A stretch of 28,116 bases of DNA from IMG/VR virus record IMGVR_UViG_3300048858_000114, positions 1 to 28,116 of that record. The stretch is one strand, 5' to 3'. The translations under genes were made by a program, and so were the position numbers. Below the pieces are notes generated by a model. It saw nothing but the letters and a program-made list of their open reading frames with translations, was not told the origin of the DNA and did not search any database. The stretch is from a virus. Taxonomy: Duplodnaviria; Caudoviricetes. Shown piece after piece: positions 23,910 through 28,116 of the stretch (position 1 is the first letter of the stretch; each line of letters starts with the position of its first letter).

Positions 23910-25390
23910 CCGTACCATTCTCGAACATCCCGCAAAACGTCCGGGTGCCTCTGTTCTATGCCGAGGTCGACAACTCCCAGGCCGGCTACTTCACGCAACA
24001 GAACCGCACTCTGCTGGTAGGCCAGAAGCTGGCGGCCGGCACCTCGCCGGCGGACACGCTGCAGCTGGTGGCTCGCACCGACGAGGCCAAGGAACTGTTC
24101 GGCGTCGGCTCGATGCTGGCACGGATGCACGAGATCTACCGCCTCGGCGATCCGTTTGGCGAGGTGTGGTGCATCGCGCTGGATGACCCCAGCGCGGGCG
24201 CTGCCGCAACCGGTACGTTCGCGATCTCGGGCACGGCCACCAAGGCAGGCACGCTGAATGCCTACATCGGCGCGCAGCGGGTGCAAATCGGCGTCGCGGC
24301 GGGTGACACCGCAGCCACGCTGGCGACGGCACTCGCGGCGGCTGTCAACGCCAACGTCGAGTTGCCGGTGACCGCTGCGGCAGCTACCGGCACGGTCACC
24401 CTGACGGCCCGCCACAAGGGCGCTCTGGGCAACGACCTGTTGCTGCAGATGAACTACTACGGCGCAGCCGGTGGCGAAAGCACGCCGGCAGGTCTCACCG
24501 TGGCCGTGACGGCCATGTCGGGTGGGACGGCTGCACCGAGTCTGACGGCAGCGGTGGCGGCCATGGGTGACGAAGAGTTCGACTTCATCGTCTCGCCCTA
24601 CAGCGATACCGCGACGCTGGACCTGTGGCGCACCACGATGAACGATGTCAGCGGACGGTGGGCGTGGAATCGTCAGATCTACGGCCATGTCTACAGCGCC
24701 CAGCGCGGCACGTTTTCTGCTCTCCAAGCGGCGGGTGTCCTGCGCAACGACCAGCACACGACCCTTGCTGGCTTCGAGACGCTTGTGCCCAACCCGGTTT
24801 GGGAATACGCGGCTGCCTACGGCGCCCGAAATGCGGTGTACATCAACGCCGATCCGGCCCGGCCGACGCAGACCGGCGAACTGGTGGGCATCCTGCCTGC
24901 GCCCGCGGGTAACCGTTTCGTGCAGAGCGAGCGCCAGACGCTTCTTTCGTCGGGAATCGCAACTAGCTTCGTGTCCGGCGGCGTGGTTCGCATCGAGCGG
25001 GCCATCACGACCTATCAGAAGAACCTCTGGAACCAGCCGGATCCGTCGTACCTGGACAGCGAGACGCTGCACCAGCTAGCGGCAATCCTACGCCGGCTGC
25101 GCAACGCGATCACGACCAAGTATCCGCGCCACAAGCTGGCGGATGACGGCACGCAGTTCGGCGCCGGCGCGGCGATCGTGACGCCGAGCGTGATCCGCGG
25201 CGAACTGCTGGCGCAATACGCGGCCATGGAGGACGAAGGACTGGTGGAGAACGCCAGGGCTTTCGCCGCCAACCTGATCGTCGAGCGGGCCGCCAACGAC
25301 CCGAACCGCCTGAACGTGCTGCTGCCGCCGGACCTGGTCAACCAGCTTCGTGTGTTCGCAGTCTTGGCGCAGTTCCGCCTGCAATACTAA
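23906..25390 (+). CDS. Mu-like contractile tail sheath
   Basis: FSNIP..VRVPLFYAEVDNS, LFG.GSMLARM, DPARP.QT, YPRHKLADDG. Confidence 0.95.
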   Translation: MTVPFSNIPQNVRVPLFYAEVDNSQAGYFTQQNRTLLVGQKLAAGTSPADTLQLVARTDEAKELFGVGSMLARMHEIYRLGDPFGEVWCIALDDPSAGAAATGTFAISGTATKAGTLNAYIGAQRVQIGVAAGDTAATLATALAAAVNANVELPVTAAAATGTVTLTARHKGALGNDLLLQMNYYGAAGGESTPAGLTVAVTAMSGGTAAPSLTAAVAAMGDEEFDFIVSPYSDTATLDLWRTTMNDVSGRWAWNRQIYGHVYSAQRGTFSALQAAGVLRNDQHTTLAGFETLVPNPVWEYAAAYGARNAVYINADPARPTQTGELVGILPAPAGNRFVQSERQTLLSSGIATSFVSGGVVRIERAITTYQKNLWNQPDPSYLDSETLHQLAAILRRLRNAITTKYPRHKLADDGTQFGAGAAIVTPSVIRGELLAQYAAMEDEGLVENARAFAANLIVERAANDPNRLNVLLPPDLVNQLRVFAVLAQFRLQY

Positions 25391-25401
25391 GGGAGTCCAA
25401 C

Positions 25402-25761
25402 ATGGCAAAACGCATTGCCGGCGCCTGCTTCGTCAAGACGGACGGCGACCAGATCGAAATCAAGGGCGGCCTGGAGGTTTCCGGGGCGGATGTCACCCGG
25501 GAAACCGTGCTGAGCACCAAGGGCGTCGCCGGGTTCAAGGAGACGCCGCGCGCTGCGTCGCTGAAGGTCACCGCGCTTTTCACGGAGGACTTTCCGCTGG
25601 AGAAGCTCCGAGACGGCACCGACATGACAATCACCGCAGAGTTCGCCAATGGCAAGGTCTTCACCTTGTCCGGCGCCTACCTCATCGGTGAGCCGACCAT
25701 CAAGGGCGAGGACGGCGAGATCGACCTGGAATTCGAAGGCTCGAAGGGGATCTGGCAATGA
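25402..25761 (+). CDS. Mu-like tail tube protein
   Basis: RIAG.CF.K.DG...TITAEFANGK...GEI.LEFEG; follows sheath. Confidence 0.9.
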   Translation: MAKRIAGACFVKTDGDQIEIKGGLEVSGADVTRETVLSTKGVAGFKETPRAASLKVTALFTEDFPLEKLRDGTDMTITAEFANGKVFTLSGAYLIGEPTIKGEDGEIDLEFEGSKGIWQ

Positions 25762-26078
25762 CTGTGACCGTCAATCTGAGCAAGCCGATCAACGCTCATG
25801 GCGAAGAGCGCCGTGAGCTGGAGCTTCGCGAACCCAGCGGCGAAGACCTGATGGAAATCGGATACCCGTACATCGTGGTCCAAAGCGACACCGGCGGCCA
25901 GGGCGTCGAGCTTCGTCCGAAGGTCGTCGCCCGGTACGTCTCCAAGCTGGCCCAAATCCCGATGTCGTCGGTGAAGCAGATCGGCCTGGCTGACCTGCAG
26001 AAGCTGCAAGGGATCGTCATGGGTTTTTTCGGTCAGGAGGAAGCGGCGACGACGAGCTCGACCGAGAGCGATTCGTAG
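25758..26078 (+). CDS. Tail assembly chaperone (Mu gp41/GpE-like)
   Basis: LSKPI.AHGE...LELREP...D......GFF; between tube and tape measure. Confidence 0.88.
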   Translation: MTVTVNLSKPINAHGEERRELELREPSGEDLMEIGYPYIVVQSDTGGQGVELRPKVVARYVSKLAQIPMSSVKQIGLADLQKLQGIVMGFFGQEEAATTSSTESDS

Positions 26079-26215
26079 AGCGCGCATTCGACGTTGCCTA
26101 CTTCTGGAAGTTGGACCCTGCCGCGGCACTGGCATTGCCATTGTCACGGCTGGACTTGTACGAAACCCAAGCGCTGCGAATAGCAGAGAACATGAGGAAC
26201 GAAGATGGCGGATAG
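26021..26215 (+). CDS. -1 frameshift extension of tail chaperone (G-T/E+E' type)
   Basis: Slippery G GGT TTT TTC at 26021-26030; -1 frame open 26027-26215 (FRSGGSGDDELDRERFVERAFDVAYFWKLDP...NEDGG*), overlapping tape measure start. Confidence 0.8.
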   Translation, partial: GFFRSGGSGDDELDRERFVERAFDVAYFWKLDPAAALALPLSRLDLYETQALRIAENMRNEDGG

Positions 26216-27953
26216 CTTCATGCTCAAGGCCATTCTCAGCGCGGTGGACAAGATCTCTCCGACGCTGAAGACGGTCAGGGGCGGCATCAACGCCACGCAC
26301 AAGAGCTTCCGGGATCTCGGTAGCGCCAGCCGGGGCCTCGTAGGCAGCATGGGCCTGCCGACGGCGATCAGCTTTGCCGCGATCGGCTATGGAGCATTGA
26401 ACGCCGCCCGCTCCGCGATGCAGTATTCCGCCTCCGTGCAGGACGCGGTCGACGTGACGGGCGTGCAGGCGGAGCAGCTACAGCGGCTACAGGGTGCATT
26501 CCGGCTGGGCGGACTCGAAGCTGAAGCGGCCAACGACGCCATCGTGAAGTTCAACAAGGGCATTGCAGATGCGGCGGCGGGCAAGGACGCCGGCTTTGCG
26601 GACTTGATGTCGCGCCTGCGTATCCCCCTGCGCAACGCCAAGGGCGAAATCCGCTCGATCACCGAAGTCCTGCCGGAGTTCGCGGCCGGCCTAGAGGCGA
26701 ACGAGAACCACGCCTTGCGCACCCGGATGGCGATGGAAGCCTTTGGGAAGTCGGGGGCCAAGCTGCTTCCGACGCTGACGGGCGGGAAGGACGCATTGCT
26801 GGAGATGCTCTCCGCCCAGCAGACGATGGGAAAGGTGCTCTCCGCCGATTCCGTCGAGCGGCTGGACAAGCTCGACGAAACCTTGGGCGAGATTGGCGCC
26901 CAGTATCGGACCCAGACAGCGGAGATGTTTGCCTTTGCCGCTCCGGCCATCATGCCGGCGCTGAAGGCGCTGGAAAGCTGGATCGCTGCGAACCAGGTGC
27001 TGTTGCAGCAGAAGGTCGGCGGGTACATCACTAACTTGGCGACCGCGTTCCAAGGCTGGGTCGACTCCGGCGGCTTCGAGCGGCTTGGGAATGGGATCGT
27101 ACGCGTGGTCGATGGGATATCAAGTTTCGTCGACGCCATGGGTGGCATGCGAAACGTCCTGATTGGCATCGGTGCGCTGATCCTGGCAGGCCCCGTCTCG
27201 TCTGCCGTGCAGCTGGTGATGGTCTTCGCGCGCATCGCTACCTACGTGGCGCCGCTGCTCGTCGGGGCGTTGTCGATGGTCGGTACTGCATTGCTGGCAG
27301 TCGGCCGGGCCATGCTGGCGAATCCAATCATTGCCATCGTGGCCGGCATTGCCACTGCGGCATACCTGATCTACGACAACTGGGGCGCGATCAGCGACTG
27401 GTTCTCGGGGCTATGGGCATCCGTATCCGCGGCGTTCGTCGCCGCTTGGACGGCCATCAGCGCTTGGCTAGAAGGTTTATGGGCGTCGGTGTCCGCCACG
27501 ATCGGCCGCTTCCTGGACTTCGTCGCCAATGCCTTCATGAGCTTCCATCCGCTCGGAATCATCATCCGGAACTGGGAGCCGATCGTTACGTGGTTCTCCG
27601 GCCTGTGGGACCGGGTGAGGGGGTTCATTGAACCCATCATGAGCGGAGCCCGCGCCGTGGGGGGATTCGTCGGGAAGGTTTTGGGGGGAGGCGAATCTAC
27701 GCCCGTGGCTCAGGGATCGAGTGCGTTGGCCCGCCAACGGGCGGCGGCGGGCCCGACGGCAGCACCGCTAGGTAGCCCGCTGGCCGCGCGTGGGGCTTTG
27801 GCGGGACCGCAGCAACCGGCTCGGCTGAATGGCGAGCTGCGTGTCCGGTTCGAGGGCGCCCCAGAGGGCATGCGAGTGGATCCGGGCAAGACCAATCAGC
27901 CGGGACTCGCGGTCAATCCTGACGTCGGGTATCGCAGCGCATTGAGCTTCTGA
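26205..27953 (+). CDS. Tape measure protein (582 aa)
   Basis: LKAILSAVDKIS.TL start, Ala/Gly-rich helices, ANPI...LIYDNW..I..WF.GLW repeats. Confidence 0.92.
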   Translation: MADSFMLKAILSAVDKISPTLKTVRGGINATHKSFRDLGSASRGLVGSMGLPTAISFAAIGYGALNAARSAMQYSASVQDAVDVTGVQAEQLQRLQGAFRLGGLEAEAANDAIVKFNKGIADAAAGKDAGFADLMSRLRIPLRNAKGEIRSITEVLPEFAAGLEANENHALRTRMAMEAFGKSGAKLLPTLTGGKDALLEMLSAQQTMGKVLSADSVERLDKLDETLGEIGAQYRTQTAEMFAFAAPAIMPALKALESWIAANQVLLQQKVGGYITNLATAFQGWVDSGGFERLGNGIVRVVDGISSFVDAMGGMRNVLIGIGALILAGPVSSAVQLVMVFARIATYVAPLLVGALSMVGTALLAVGRAMLANPIIAIVAGIATAAYLIYDNWGAISDWFSGLWASVSAAFVAAWTAISAWLEGLWASVSATIGRFLDFVANAFMSFHPLGIIIRNWEPIVTWFSGLWDRVRGFIEPIMSGARAVGGFVGKVLGGGESTPVAQGSSALARQRAAAGPTAAPLGSPLAARGALAGPQQPARLNGELRVRFEGAPEGMRVDPGKTNQPGLAVNPDVGYRSALSF

Positions 27954-27954
27954 C

Positions 27955-28116
27955 ATGGCCTGGAAAGACAAGATGCAGGCTGCGTCCTTCAGGGGCGTGG
28001 CGTTCGAAGTGGAGTCGGACGACGGCGCTTTCGGCCGCCGTGTGCAAGTCCACGAGTACCCGCAGCGCGACAAGCCGTATGCCGAGGACTTGGGGCGCGC
28101 CGCCCGGGAATTCTCC
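27955..28116 (+). CDS. DNA circularization protein (Mu gpN-like), 5' part only
   Basis: Hand-translated MAWKDKMQAASFRGVAFEV...GRRVQVHEYPQRDKPYAEDLGR; runs off the window. Confidence 0.92.
   Translation, partial: MAWKDKMQAASFRGVAFEVESDDGAFGRRVQVHEYPQRDKPYAEDLGRAAREFS

Larger units (their letters stand above)
1..28116. mobile_element. Temperate lambdoid prophage (HK97-type head + Mu-type contractile tail), truncated by the window at the right end
   Basis: Continuous int-xis-accessory-recombination-immunity-replication-Q-packaging-head-tail gene order. Confidence 0.97.

Noticed and set aside
23807-25072. 421-aa antisense ORF over the sheath gene (similarly 18604-19605 and 26387-27235)
   Set aside because: Arg/Gly/Ala/Ser-rich off-frame translations overlapping conserved structural genes

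Overview
Left ~28 kb of a GC-rich temperate (pro)phage, probably from a betaproteobacterial host (Burkholderiaceae-like SSB and accessory genes; inferred). The layout is lambdoid. The minus-strand arm carries a tyrosine integrase, Xis, about 20 accessory genes (including a phage Dam-type adenine MTase and a 466-aa mosaic protein), SSB and a Sak4-like ATPase. The immunity region has PL/PR with five TAAAC-N5-GTTTA-type operators, an S24 repressor with TWO tandem HTH domains, a two-gene cassette in the rex position, Cro and a YdaT/CII-like gene. The plus-strand arm carries replication genes with iterons, RusA, a DUF1364-type nuclease, Q, a late promoter followed by a highly structured ~220-nt noncoding leader, HNH, terminase, an HK97-type head and a Mu-type contractile tail with a -1 frameshifted chaperone, and ends inside the Mu gpN-like DNA-circularization gene. 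No lysis genes, tRNA, CRISPR array or att site are visible. Family assignments are from motif recognition by eye, not database searches.
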